From: an uncultured Melioribacteraceae bacterium
GTDB lineage: Bacteria; Bacteroidota; Ignavibacteria; Ignavibacteriales; Melioribacteraceae
Direction: 5' to 3'
Length of the DNA stretch: 64,000 bases
NCBI GenBank assembly: GCA_964617555.1
Contig: CAZTYP010000029.1
Location: forward strand, 372-64,371
The position numbers and the translations under genes are program-made. Numbering within the stretch: the first letter of the stretch is position 1; every line of letters starts with the position of its first letter. Shown here piece after piece: positions 46,406 to 56,351 of the stretch. Under the pieces are notes generated by a model. It was not told where the DNA came from. It searched no databases and worked only from the letters and a program-made list of their open reading frames with translations.

Positions 46406-47327
46406 TGGATTGGTCTCCGTTGTAATGCCTGTGCATAACGGAGAAAAATATTTGCGAGAAGCAATAGAAAGCGTGTTAAACCAAACTTACACCAATTTTG
46501 AATTTCTGATAATTGAAAATTGCTCTACCGATTCTTCCGTTGAAATTATTAAATCGTACAACGACCATAGAATAAGATTAATAATCGAAAACAATTGCGG
46601 GCAAGTACAAGCGTATAACAGAGGGTTTAAAGAAGCAAAAGGTGAATATGTTTTTATTCATGACCACGACGACATTTCTCATCCCGAAAGATTTGAAAAA
46701 CAGCTGAAAAATATGATTAAAAACAATATTGAAATATGCGGTTCTTATTTTTCCCTTATTGATGAGAATAAAAAAATAATCGGGGAAATTGAAGTGCCGA
46801 TTAAACATGATGCAATTGTAAAAGAATTATTATATAGAAATTCAACAATATTTAATTCTTCCGTTTGTATTAATAAAAAGGTTTTTATGAGATTGGAAAA
46901 TTTTAATATTAAATATTTTCCAAGTGCGGATTACGAATTCTATTTACGGGGCGTCGGGTTATTTGTCTATGGGAATATACCGGAATTTTTATATTCGTGG
47001 CGTCAACATCCCAAACAAATTTCAAGTAGTTACATTAAAGAGGTTGCAAGCAAAACAATTGCAATTTCTTTAATGTATAAAAATAAATTTCCGGCAAATA
47101 AAATAAATACATATACAGGGTTAGTATATTATTATAATGATAAACTGCTAAAGTCCTTCGGCTATTTTTTTATTGCATTGTTTCTGGATAAATTTACAAA
47201 AAAATTACTTCGATATTTTTTGATTGTTTGTTTTGCGGGTGTTCCTCTTAAACTGATTCGTAAATTCAATCTGGTTAATTCAAAATTGTTTTTAACATCA
47301 AAAAAGACTTTTAATAAGGTATTGTGA
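46395..47327 (+). CDS. Glycosyltransferase family 2
   Basis: VSVVMPVHNGEKYLREAIESVLNQTY, IENCSTDSS and a HDHDDIS (DxD) motif. Confidence 0.85.
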   Translation: MEYNGLVSVVMPVHNGEKYLREAIESVLNQTYTNFEFLIIENCSTDSSVEIIKSYNDHRIRLIIENNCGQVQAYNRGFKEAKGEYVFIHDHDDISHPERFEKQLKNMIKNNIEICGSYFSLIDENKKIIGEIEVPIKHDAIVKELLYRNSTIFNSSVCINKKVFMRLENFNIKYFPSADYEFYLRGVGLFVYGNIPEFLYSWRQHPKQISSSYIKEVASKTIAISLMYKNKFPANKINTYTGLVYYYNDKLLKSFGYFFIALFLDKFTKKLLRYFLIVCFAGVPLKLIRKFNLVNSKLFLTSKKTFNKVL

Positions 47328-48421
47328 AAATATTTTTAATTTATATTAAATCTCTTTTGGACTTTATATTACTATTAATTTCCCGAAATAATATTTCCGA
47401 AATTAAAAATGAAACAAACAATTTGCTTTTTATCAACACCGGTCAAATAGGTGATTTAGTAATATCAGCCGCTTTGTTGGAGGAAGATGAAAGATTTGAC
47501 GGGTATAGTAATGTGTTCTTTTTGATACAAAAGCAATTCGAGGAACTTTATAAGGATTATAAAGGCAGAATAAAAATTATAATTATTGATATAGATGCAT
47601 ATAAGTATAATATAATTTACAGATTTAAGTTCAATAATTATTTAAGAAAATTAAATATTGATATAGTTTATAATTTAACTTCCATCAGACCCACATGGAA
47701 CGATGCTTTGGCTTTGGGAATCGGTGCAAATAAAACCTTTTGCTATCCAAACAATTGGTTAACATTAAAAAAAGTTTTTCCGGAAACAACAGACGCCCTC
47801 TATACGAAACAAATTGCCACGGAGTTTTTTAATGAATATGAAAAAATAAATTATGTTCTTTATCTGATTAATGCTATAGGAACAAAAGAAAAAAATAAAA
47901 GTATTGGTTCGTTAAAATATTTCCCGAATGAAATTTTTGATATTGTTATTAATCCTTTTTCTTCGCAACAGAATAGAGATATTACTATTGATAATCTTAA
48001 TGTATTAGCGAAAAAATATATTAACCGTAAAATTTTAATTCTTTGTTCAAAAGAGCAGAAAACATTGCTTGAAAATATTCGTCATTCAGATAAAATTACT
48101 TTTGCCGCAGGAAAATATAAACTGAATCAATTATTTTCTGTAATTAATAATTCGAAAGTTTTTATAGGTGTGGATTCCGGATTAACACATATTGCCTTAA
48201 CAACAAAAACAAATGTTGTTGCGGTAATTGGTAAAGGGAATTACGGGCGATATTTGCCCAAGCCGGATGATAACAATAGTGTCTATTTGTTTGAAGAGTG
48301 TGAATTTACGGGTTGTGAATGGTATTGTAAAAAAGATGATGTTTTTTGTGTAAAAAACATAACTGTTAACAAAATAATAAATGCGGTTGATAAATTTTTG
48401 ATTAAATATGAAAATACTTGA
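47324..48421 (+). CDS. Glycosyltransferase family 9 (heptosyltransferase-like)
   Basis: GTG start. NTGQIGDLVISAALL N-terminal motif, INPFSSQQNRD, and FIGVDSGLTHIA (the GT9 hallmark). Confidence 0.65.
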   Translation: MKIFLIYIKSLLDFILLLISRNNISEIKNETNNLLFINTGQIGDLVISAALLEEDERFDGYSNVFFLIQKQFEELYKDYKGRIKIIIIDIDAYKYNIIYRFKFNNYLRKLNIDIVYNLTSIRPTWNDALALGIGANKTFCYPNNWLTLKKVFPETTDALYTKQIATEFFNEYEKINYVLYLINAIGTKEKNKSIGSLKYFPNEIFDIVINPFSSQQNRDITIDNLNVLAKKYINRKILILCSKEQKTLLENIRHSDKITFAAGKYKLNQLFSVINNSKVFIGVDSGLTHIALTTKTNVVAVIGKGNYGRYLPKPDDNNSVYLFEECEFTGCEWYCKKDDVFCVKNITVNKIINAVDKFLIKYENT

Positions 48422-49481
48422 AATAACACGGTCGTTTTATCCTTCTATTGGAGGAATGGAAAAATTTGTTGCCGACAGATTAAAAATATATAATGCTCTC
48501 GGTTACGATTATCAAGTAATAACAACAACCCATTCCGAAAAACAATTATCCGACTCGCAAAAACTTGATAATGTTATCTATCTGCCGAGCTACACGCCTT
48601 ACGAGATAGTTCCGAAATTAAATACGGCAATAATGCAACAACAATACGATGTTATAAGCATAAATCAGACCGGATATTATTACGCTGTTCAAGCGGCTAA
48701 AGCGGCAAAAAGGAAAAATAAAAAGATTGTGCTTACGCCGCATTTCCTTTTTCATACGGATAGATTTAAAATTGTAAAAGATTTTCATTCTAAATTCATT
48801 TTGCCGGAACTGCTTAAACAAGTTGATAAGATAATTTGCTTTACCGAAGTTGAAGCGGGCTATTGGAAAAACAGTTTTCCGTTTATAGAAAATAAGATAG
48901 TAATAATTCCACACTATTTTAATCCGCCCATTGTAAAAGGAAATATTAGCCGGAACAAATTCGGGAAATTTTTGCTTTTTCTCGGGCGAGGAGAAAAGAA
49001 CAAACGGATAGATTTATTGATAAAAGCGTTTGATAAAATCAATACGGATTACGGATTAGTGCTTACCGTGGCAAAGGACGAAATATCTTCGGAATTATAC
49101 GAGCTTGTTTCTCGCAATAAGAAAATAAATTTACTCGGAAGAGTGCCGGAAGAAGAGAAACAAAATCTGCTTGCTTTCGCCTCCGCTTTAATATTACCCA
49201 CGGATTACGAAGCGTTTGGAATTGTAAACCTCGAAGCATCTTATTATTCCAAGCCCTTAATACTAACCGAGCTGTCGGTATTTAAAAATATTCTTGATGA
49301 TGAAGGCGTAATCTATTTTAAAAATAATTTAAGTGATATTGAAAAAGCAATAAAATATTTTTTTGAATTGGATGAAAATAAAAAATCCGAAATGGGAAAA
49401 GTAAATTGTGATAATTTGCAAAAATTTTCATTTGAAAAAATAACGGATAAATATTCGGATATCTTTAAGGAATTGAAATGA
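48408..49481 (+). CDS. Glycosyltransferase family 4
   Basis: N-terminus ITRSFYPSIGGMEKFV. C-terminus FLGRGEKNKRIDLL and ILPTDYEAFGIVNLEASYYSKP (EX7E). Confidence 0.8.
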   Translation: MKILEITRSFYPSIGGMEKFVADRLKIYNALGYDYQVITTTHSEKQLSDSQKLDNVIYLPSYTPYEIVPKLNTAIMQQQYDVISINQTGYYYAVQAAKAAKRKNKKIVLTPHFLFHTDRFKIVKDFHSKFILPELLKQVDKIICFTEVEAGYWKNSFPFIENKIVIIPHYFNPPIVKGNISRNKFGKFLLFLGRGEKNKRIDLLIKAFDKINTDYGLVLTVAKDEISSELYELVSRNKKINLLGRVPEEEKQNLLAFASALILPTDYEAFGIVNLEASYYSKPLILTELSVFKNILDDEGVIYFKNNLSDIEKAIKYFFELDENKKSEMGKVNCDNLQKFSFEKITDKYSDIFKELK

Positions 49482-50185
49482 AAATAGATATTGGTGCTCC
49501 CTCGGAATACGGTGTAAGCGGAGTTGATATAAGGATTAATAAATTGAGAGCCATACAAGAAATTCCTTATGGGGTTAATCTTGATTTGGGAACCGGAATC
49601 GGTGCCTATTATCCGGCAATTAAAAAACATTCAAAATCTTTATATGCTTTTGACGGTGAAATATCGTATCTGAAAAATTTTTATAAAATAAATCCTGATG
49701 ATAACGATAAAATTTTCATTTCCGCTACCGAAAATATTGCCGCCAAAAGCGAGTTGTTTGATGCGGTTTTTGCAATTGAAGTTTTGGAACATGTAAAAGA
49801 TTTGCAACAAACCTTAAATGAAATAAACAGAATTCTTAAACCGAACGGTTTCTTTTATATTACGGTTCCCAATAAGTATTTCCCTTTGGACGGACATATG
49901 GTGCATTTCGGCAAATATTTTATTAAAGGGCGTTATGTTCCGTTTTTACCGATGTTCGATTTTATCCACGAAAAAATAGGAACCGCAAGAAGATTTGCCC
50001 CTAAGGATTTTTACAAGAATTTTGTCGAACACGGTTTTGAAGTTGTAGGAGTTGATTATATGATGCCACCGTTCGATTATTTTAATTTCGGCAGAAAGTA
50101 TATAAAAAAACTTTCCGACAGCTTGGAAACAAGTTTTCTTAAAATTTTTTCAATGACATTAATCGTGGTTTTAAAAAAGAATTAA
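49478..50185 (+). CDS. Class I SAM-dependent methyltransferase
   Basis: LDLGTGIGAYY motif I, FDAVFAIEVLEHV and LKPNGFFYITVPN. Confidence 0.75.
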   Translation: MKIDIGAPSEYGVSGVDIRINKLRAIQEIPYGVNLDLGTGIGAYYPAIKKHSKSLYAFDGEISYLKNFYKINPDDNDKIFISATENIAAKSELFDAVFAIEVLEHVKDLQQTLNEINRILKPNGFFYITVPNKYFPLDGHMVHFGKYFIKGRYVPFLPMFDFIHEKIGTARRFAPKDFYKNFVEHGFEVVGVDYMMPPFDYFNFGRKYIKKLSDSLETSFLKIFSMTLIVVLKKN

Positions 50186-50952
50186 ATGTTTTTTGAAAAG
50201 TATGTCTTGATGTAAAACGGGAGATCGTTTACAATATATCTTTTAAATAATCTTGTCGGCTCATTAAAAAGACGCCAAAGCCATTCCAGGCCCATTGATT
50301 GCAGTAATGCCGGACTTCTTTTCTTTGTTCCGGTAAAAAAATCTAAAGTAGCCCCTATGCCGATGTTAATTTTGCTGCCGAAAGAGTTCATGTTTTTATA
50401 TAACCATTTTTCTTGTCTCGGACATCCCAAAGCGGCAAAAACAATGTCCGGTTTAAAATCTGTTATTTTTTCAATCACTTCCTTGTTCTCTATTTCATCT
50501 TTTTCAAATTGATAGCTCGGAGAATAACAGAATAGGTTTTGTTGTGAAATTCCGTATTGATTTATTAGGATTGTTTCGGTTTTTCTTGATACTTCGTTTG
50601 TTCCTCCTATGATGGCAATCCTCTTATCTGATTTTAGGGCTAAATCTATTAAAACGGGGAAAACATCGTTGCCGGTTATTCTCGGAATCTTTTCTTTATA
50701 TTTACGTTTTATCAAACTTGTTATACCGAAACCGTCGGGTAAGTTTAGTAATGTTTGCTTACAAATATTGTTGAATTCTTTATCCTTGTTTGCAATTTTT
50801 AGAAAGTCCAAATTAAAGGTAGTTAATAATTTTGGGGTGTTGTTTTCGGTTAACAAATCCGATAAAAACAACTTCAAATTTTCTATTGTAAGCGAATGGA
50901 TAGTAATACCAAGTATTTTATACGTTCTGTAGGGTTGATTATTTGTCATCAT
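50182..50952 (-). CDS. WecB/TagA/CpsF family glycosyltransferase (GT26)
   Basis: ILGITIHS...TFNLDFL, PDGFG, IAIIGG and DIVFAALGCPRQEKWL are hallmark GT26 blocks. Its 3' end overlaps the convergent methyltransferase gene by 4 nt. Confidence 0.85.
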   Translation of the reverse strand: MMTNNQPYRTYKILGITIHSLTIENLKLFLSDLLTENNTPKLLTTFNLDFLKIANKDKEFNNICKQTLLNLPDGFGITSLIKRKYKEKIPRITGNDVFPVLIDLALKSDKRIAIIGGTNEVSRKTETILINQYGISQQNLFCYSPSYQFEKDEIENKEVIEKITDFKPDIVFAALGCPRQEKWLYKNMNSFGSKINIGIGATLDFFTGTKKRSPALLQSMGLEWLWRLFNEPTRLFKRYIVNDLPFYIKTYFSKNI

Positions 50953-51006
50953 TTGTTGATAAAAATAATTATCTTAAAAGTTAAATTTAACATTATTTGG
51001 GTGAAT

Positions 51007-54000
51007 ATGACTAAGAAAATTTTAATATCAATTTTATTTTTGTATTCAATTTTGTTAGGTAAAGCAAAAGTTGAAAATGAAATTATTGAAGGGAATAAAT
51101 TAAAATTAACTTTTACCTCGTCACTCATTTATTCATTAGAAAAAAAAGGGAATAAATCGTTTTTTGTTATTCCTGATTTTCAAGATGAAAGTGCCCCCGG
51201 AGATGTTAGTTTGCCGTCAAACGAAATTTTCATTTCGCTACCATATTTAACACAACCAAAAGTAAGTTTTAAAATTCATACAAAGAAAAGAATCTCCGCT
51301 ATTCCGAAATTTAACGATAAAGTTGAATTAATGGACGGTGAATTAATCTATTCCAAACCGGACAATTTAAAAAACAGTAAAAAGGAACATTTTAAAATAA
51401 AAGGTTATTTGTGGATAGGAAACAGTTATTGTATGCAAGTGGAATTTACTCCCGCAATTTTTAACGCCACAGATAATATTATAGAATTGGTAGATAACTT
51501 TGAAATAGAATTAATTTTTGATAAAAATATTTTTTCCGACGGGAAATTAAAAAAACAGTCGGACAAAAAAAGTATTATTGCAAATACTAATTTTACTTTG
51601 AACAATATTAAACAAAAATTTCCCATAGCTGCAAGTGATACGTGGATTGATTATTCTAAAGATTATGTAAAAATAGGGACTGCGCGCGACGGAATTTACA
51701 GAATAACAAAATCCGATTTGGAAAACCTCGGCGTTAATGTTTCGGCTCTTAATCCCAAATCTTTTAAATTATTCCTTAAAGGAGAAGAACTTCCGATTTT
51801 TGTTGAAGGTGAAAGTGACTTATCTTTTGATTCAAACGATTATTTGGAATTTGTAGGTATTCGCAATATGGGCGGGCATCACAGAGAACTTAGCGGTTAT
51901 GACCTACCTTATAACGAGTACTTGGGGCGTTATACGGATACAACTGTTTATTGGCTTACATGGGGAGGTGATAACGGAAAGCGTGTGAAAATTTTGGCCG
52001 GCAATGAACTTACTTCTTCAGATACATTGGAGTATTATTCCCAAATTGAGCATTACGAAAAAAACAATTGGTTTGATTTTTCGTGTGGCAGTCAAGTCCG
52101 CAGAGAATCCCCATTTTGGATTGAAAATAAAACATGGGTGGAAGGTGTTTTGCGCGGCGGAAAAAAAGTCAGCAAAAATTTTGTTTTAAGCAACATTTAT
52201 CCGAATAAAACCGCAACAATACTTGCAAAATTACAAGATTATGCCGCTAACCTTAGTAACAAAGCACATCTGCTGGCAATAGGAATAAATAACGACGGAA
52301 ATTATTATGATTCAACTTATGTAAATAAGTATGATAAAATTGTATTATCGGCAAACATAAACCCCAGCTCACTTAAAGAAGGTAAGAATAGTTTACAAGT
52401 TTATTCGTTTGTTACCGATGCATCGTTAAATGCATGTGCAACAGATTGGTACGAAATTGAATACCCGCGCTATTTAAAACCTGTTAACGATTCATTAAAC
52501 TTTACTTTCCCTTTTCTTTCTGCCGAGGAGATAAAAGTAATAAAACTGCAAGATGTAAGTACAAATAATTTTGTTATTTGGAAATACGGGAACAATTATA
52601 AAAAATACTTGCCTTCTAAAATTAATGGTAATATCCTTATTGCCGATACTCTTTCGGCAACTTCCAAATTTTGTTTTGTTGATAAAGTGAAAATCAAAAC
52701 GCCCAAACTTTATTATATAAAAAAATTCATTAATCTTAGAAGTTCCGAAAACCAAGCGGATTATATAGCCGTAACACATAAAAAATTTAAAAACGAAACC
52801 GAAAAATATTGTCGATTTATTTCCTCCAATTATAATATTGTAACTAAAGTTGTTGATATTAATGATATTTATGATGAATACGGTTACGGATTTTTTAATC
52901 CCGAAGTGATAAAAGATTTTCTTAAATCGACTCATAATAATTGGAAAATGCCAAAACCTCAAAGTGTTGTTTTAATAGGTGGTGCCACTTATGATTATTA
53001 CGGCAACAAATATAAAAATTTCAGTTCTGTGAAAAATCGTGTGCTTAATTATGTTCCTTCCTTTGGGGCACCCGTTAGTGATAATTGGTTTGTTACCTGG
53101 GATACAACCGGAGCCTACGTTCCTCAAATGAATATCGGAAGAATACCTGTTACTACCAATGAAGAATTTGTCTGGTATTTTGATAAACACAAAGATTATG
53201 TTTCTCAGGCGTATGATGATTGGAATAAAAAGTATTTGTTTTTTTCCGGAGGGAACGAAAATAAGCCTGCCGAATTAAATTCTATGAGGCAATCTAATCA
53301 ATATGTTGTTGATAATTATGTAATTCCGAAACCGATAAGCGGAAAAGCGGTTCACTTTTATAAAACTCTTGAACCTCCTACGAACTTTGGTCCATATACA
53401 CATGAATTTATTCAAAATACAATTAATGAAGGGGCTGTCTTTATTTCCTACCTCGGACATAGCGGCACACAAACTTGGGATAATTCCATTACAAATCCGG
53501 CACAATTAAAAAATAATATTGGTCGCTATCCCATTGTTTCCGATTTCGGGTGTTCAACCGGACGTTTTGCCGAACCTGATGTAACATCCTTTTCGGAATT
53601 ATTTACTGTAGGAAGTGACGGGCAAGCATTGGGCTATATTGGAAATGCTTCGCTCGGTTTTACAACAACATCTCTTTTAATGCCGAAATTATTTTATAAA
53701 AAAATTCTGAAAGAGAGCATCCACACCGTTAGTCTTGCACATAAAGAAGCAAAACTGGAAATGCTTCAAAAATACGGTTCAGTGGGAATTTATAAATTAT
53801 TTGCTTTAACAAATACATTTATAGGAGACCCTGTGCTCGCTTTACCTGTACCGACCAAACCAAATTTTGTTGTAAAAGAAGAAGGAATAGAGACAGAATC
53901 GGAATTATTAACAGATATTATGGATAGCACATCAATCTCCGTAATAATAAATAATTACGGAACGGTAACTGACGATACACTGACAATTTTAGCAATCCAT

Positions 54001-56310
54001 AAATATAATTCCGAAACGGATTCTATCATTTCCAAAATAATGGTTCCTGAATTTGTTGATACTATTACGGTAAAAGTTCCCATAAAGAAAAAAGCGGGAA
54101 ACCATTTAATACAAGTTATTCTTGATCCTTCCGACAAGTTTGAAGAAATTTACAAAGATGACAATACAGCACAAATACGCTTTAATGTTGCAAGTTCTTC
54201 CATTCGTCCACTATTAAATTCACGTTTCTTTAACGGGGTAAAAGATAGTTTGGTGTTCATAAATCCAAGCTCAAAACCGAATATTGAAACAATTATCTTT
54301 GAAATATCCACCGATGAAAATTTTACGGAAGTTGAAAATTTTGAAATTCCTTTTGACACAATTATTACAAGTATTGATATTGCGGCTAATCTGAAAGAGA
54401 ACAAAAGATATTGGGGAAGAACCAAAATAAAAGGGGAAAATAATTATTCAACAACTTTTTCTTTCTTTACGAATAAAGATAAATATTCTTTAACTGATGA
54501 TTTTAGTTTTAGCAGGCAGAATTTGAAGAATATTAATGTTATAAATAATAATCTTCAAATTGATTCCACAATAATAAAATTTAAAATCTTTTCGGCAGGT
54601 CTCAGTGATGGAAACACAGCACTTATAATGAAAAACGGTACTAATTATATGTTTGACGGTACGTTGAGAGGGCACTATGTTACTACGTTTAAGGATTCCA
54701 CTTATGAGTTTGTTGAATCAAAAGTTTTTGACCTATTGGGAGGCGGAAGCACTGTTGCGGAACAATACAGTACGTTTCTGGATACGGTTCCTTCAAATTA
54801 TTTGGTAATGTTTGCCATTAAAGATGAAGGAGCAACAAATCTTAATTCAACGTTAAGAAATAAAATTAAAGGATTCGGCAGTGTTTTAATAGATAATGTT
54901 AAATTCCGTAGTTCTTGGGCATTTATCGGCAAGCGTGGTGCGGTTCCCGGTACAATGCCCGAAGCTGTTTCGGCAGAAGGAGATGGACCTGTAACAATTG
55001 ATACAACAATTTCATTTTTGTCCGATACGGGAAATATATTAACAACCGAAGTTGGGCCTGCAGGCAAGTGGAATAAGTTGATTTTAAATCAAGAAACTCC
55101 TTCAAATTCTAAAATTACGTATACTCCGCTGGGAATTAAAAAGAACGGAACAATTGATACACTTGCACAACTTGTTTTGCAAGATTCGGTCTCGGATTTA
55201 AGTTTTATTAATTCCGATATATATCCCAAAATAAAAATCCTTGCCGATTTTAATGCCAGTGACAATAAACAATCACCTGTATTAAAATATCTTGGAATTG
55301 ATTATGATAACATTCCCGAGTTTGCATTGAATTATCAAGCTGCTTCAGTTAAGTACGATTCCATAATGCAAGGGGGAAAAAACAGACTTTATTTCAATTT
55401 GTATAATATAGGAGAAACTAAGGCGGATTCCGTTCCTGTAAAAATAGAGTTGCAAAAATCGGATAATTCTTCCGTAATACTTAATGAATTTGTAACAACC
55501 GTTGATTCACTCAGAATAAAAAAATTCAATTTTCAATTTGATATCCCTTCTTCATACGGCTATGGTAATATGGCATTTGCAATTACAATTGACGAAACAA
55601 ATATAATACCGGAATTTTTTGAGGATAATAATTTTTATCGAGTTCCGTTTTATGTTAAAAAAGATACTTCAACAAATATTGTTTCGGCTAAACTGAATGT
55701 TAAATTTGACGGGTTTGATATTTTAGACGGTGATTTTGTTGCAGATAAACCTCAGATTACTTTTGAATTAAACTACAGTGGGAACTTTCCATACGATGAT
55801 ACTACTGTTGTTAAATTTATACTTGATAATAAAACCATCGCTTACTCGGAAATGAATGTTGATTATGATACAATCAATAGTATAATTTCCTACCAATATG
55901 AACCCGAATTGAATAACGGAAAACATTATTTGAAAGCGACACGCAAACCATTATACGTAGGAGATACCGGAGAAACGTTATATGAAAAACTTTTCACGGT
56001 TTCCGATGAATTAAAAGCCGTAGATATTTACAATTATCCTAATCCCGCAAGCGAAGAAACAAATTTCACTTTTCGCTTGGCAAAAGTACCTGAGTCGTTG
56101 GATATCAGAATTTACACTGTTGCCGGAAGATTAGTTAAAATTTTCAAATTAAAAAATTATGATTTGAAAGCGGATATTAATAAAATTTATTGGGATTTAA
56201 CGGATGAAGACGGAGACAAAATAGCAAACGGTGTTTATTTGTATAAGATAACTCTACGTTCTGGCAATAAAATTGAACATTACACCGAAAAATTGGCAAT
56301 AGTCAGGTAA
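51007..56310 (+). CDS. C25-family cysteine peptidase with a T9SS C-terminal sorting domain; probable homolog of the T9SS signal peptidase/sortase PorU
   Basis: I chose the start at MTKKILISILFLYSILLG (signal peptide) rather than the track's 50896, which overlaps the divergent gene. The PorU-like N-region reads W.DYSKDYVKIGTARDGIYRITKSDLENLGVNVSALNPKSFKLFLKGEELP. The C25 core has ADYIAVTH...VVDINDIYDEYGYG, catalytic-type YLGHSGTQTW (His) and SDFGCSTGRF (Cys). The C-terminus is NYPNPASEETNFTF...IRIYTVAGRLV...WDLTDEDGDKIANGVYLYKI...LAIVR. Confidence 0.7.
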   Translation: MTKKILISILFLYSILLGKAKVENEIIEGNKLKLTFTSSLIYSLEKKGNKSFFVIPDFQDESAPGDVSLPSNEIFISLPYLTQPKVSFKIHTKKRISAIPKFNDKVELMDGELIYSKPDNLKNSKKEHFKIKGYLWIGNSYCMQVEFTPAIFNATDNIIELVDNFEIELIFDKNIFSDGKLKKQSDKKSIIANTNFTLNNIKQKFPIAASDTWIDYSKDYVKIGTARDGIYRITKSDLENLGVNVSALNPKSFKLFLKGEELPIFVEGESDLSFDSNDYLEFVGIRNMGGHHRELSGYDLPYNEYLGRYTDTTVYWLTWGGDNGKRVKILAGNELTSSDTLEYYSQIEHYEKNNWFDFSCGSQVRRESPFWIENKTWVEGVLRGGKKVSKNFVLSNIYPNKTATILAKLQDYAANLSNKAHLLAIGINNDGNYYDSTYVNKYDKIVLSANINPSSLKEGKNSLQVYSFVTDASLNACATDWYEIEYPRYLKPVNDSLNFTFPFLSAEEIKVIKLQDVSTNNFVIWKYGNNYKKYLPSKINGNILIADTLSATSKFCFVDKVKIKTPKLYYIKKFINLRSSENQADYIAVTHKKFKNETEKYCRFISSNYNIVTKVVDINDIYDEYGYGFFNPEVIKDFLKSTHNNWKMPKPQSVVLIGGATYDYYGNKYKNFSSVKNRVLNYVPSFGAPVSDNWFVTWDTTGAYVPQMNIGRIPVTTNEEFVWYFDKHKDYVSQAYDDWNKKYLFFSGGNENKPAELNSMRQSNQYVVDNYVIPKPISGKAVHFYKTLEPPTNFGPYTHEFIQNTINEGAVFISYLGHSGTQTWDNSITNPAQLKNNIGRYPIVSDFGCSTGRFAEPDVTSFSELFTVGSDGQALGYIGNASLGFTTTSLLMPKLFYKKILKESIHTVSLAHKEAKLEMLQKYGSVGIYKLFALTNTFIGDPVLALPVPTKPNFVVKEEGIETESELLTDIMDSTSISVIINNYGTVTDDTLTILAIHKYNSETDSIISKIMVPEFVDTITVKVPIKKKAGNHLIQVILDPSDKFEEIYKDDNTAQIRFNVASSSIRPLLNSRFFNGVKDSLVFINPSSKPNIETIIFEISTDENFTEVENFEIPFDTIITSIDIAANLKENKRYWGRTKIKGENNYSTTFSFFTNKDKYSLTDDFSFSRQNLKNINVINNNLQIDSTIIKFKIFSAGLSDGNTALIMKNGTNYMFDGTLRGHYVTTFKDSTYEFVESKVFDLLGGGSTVAEQYSTFLDTVPSNYLVMFAIKDEGATNLNSTLRNKIKGFGSVLIDNVKFRSSWAFIGKRGAVPGTMPEAVSAEGDGPVTIDTTISFLSDTGNILTTEVGPAGKWNKLILNQETPSNSKITYTPLGIKKNGTIDTLAQLVLQDSVSDLSFINSDIYPKIKILADFNASDNKQSPVLKYLGIDYDNIPEFALNYQAASVKYDSIMQGGKNRLYFNLYNIGETKADSVPVKIELQKSDNSSVILNEFVTTVDSLRIKKFNFQFDIPSSYGYGNMAFAITIDETNIIPEFFEDNNFYRVPFYVKKDTSTNIVSAKLNVKFDGFDILDGDFVADKPQITFELNYSGNFPYDDTTVVKFILDNKTIAYSEMNVDYDTINSIISYQYEPELNNGKHYLKATRKPLYVGDTGETLYEKLFTVSDELKAVDIYNYPNPASEETNFTFRLAKVPESLDIRIYTVAGRLVKIFKLKNYDLKADINKIYWDLTDEDGDKIANGVYLYKITLRSGNKIEHYTEKLAIVR

Positions 56311-56320
56311 TTAAAAAAAC

Positions 56321-56340
56321 GGGAGGAAAATTTTCCTCCC
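56321..56340. terminator. Bidirectional hairpin terminator between convergent genes
   Basis: Perfect palindrome GGGAGGAAAATTTTCCTCCC, flanked by an A-run upstream. It lies between the C25 stop (56310) and the lysJ stop (56352). Confidence 0.7.
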
Positions 56341-56351
56341 CGATAAAGAAT

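Noticed and set aside
50896-51006. 37-codon N-terminal extension of the C25 peptidase ORF given by the ORF track
   Set aside because: The extension overlaps the divergent GT26 gene start (50952) and has no signal-peptide character. The Met at 51007 is followed directly by a typical signal peptide (MTKKILISILFLYSILLG).
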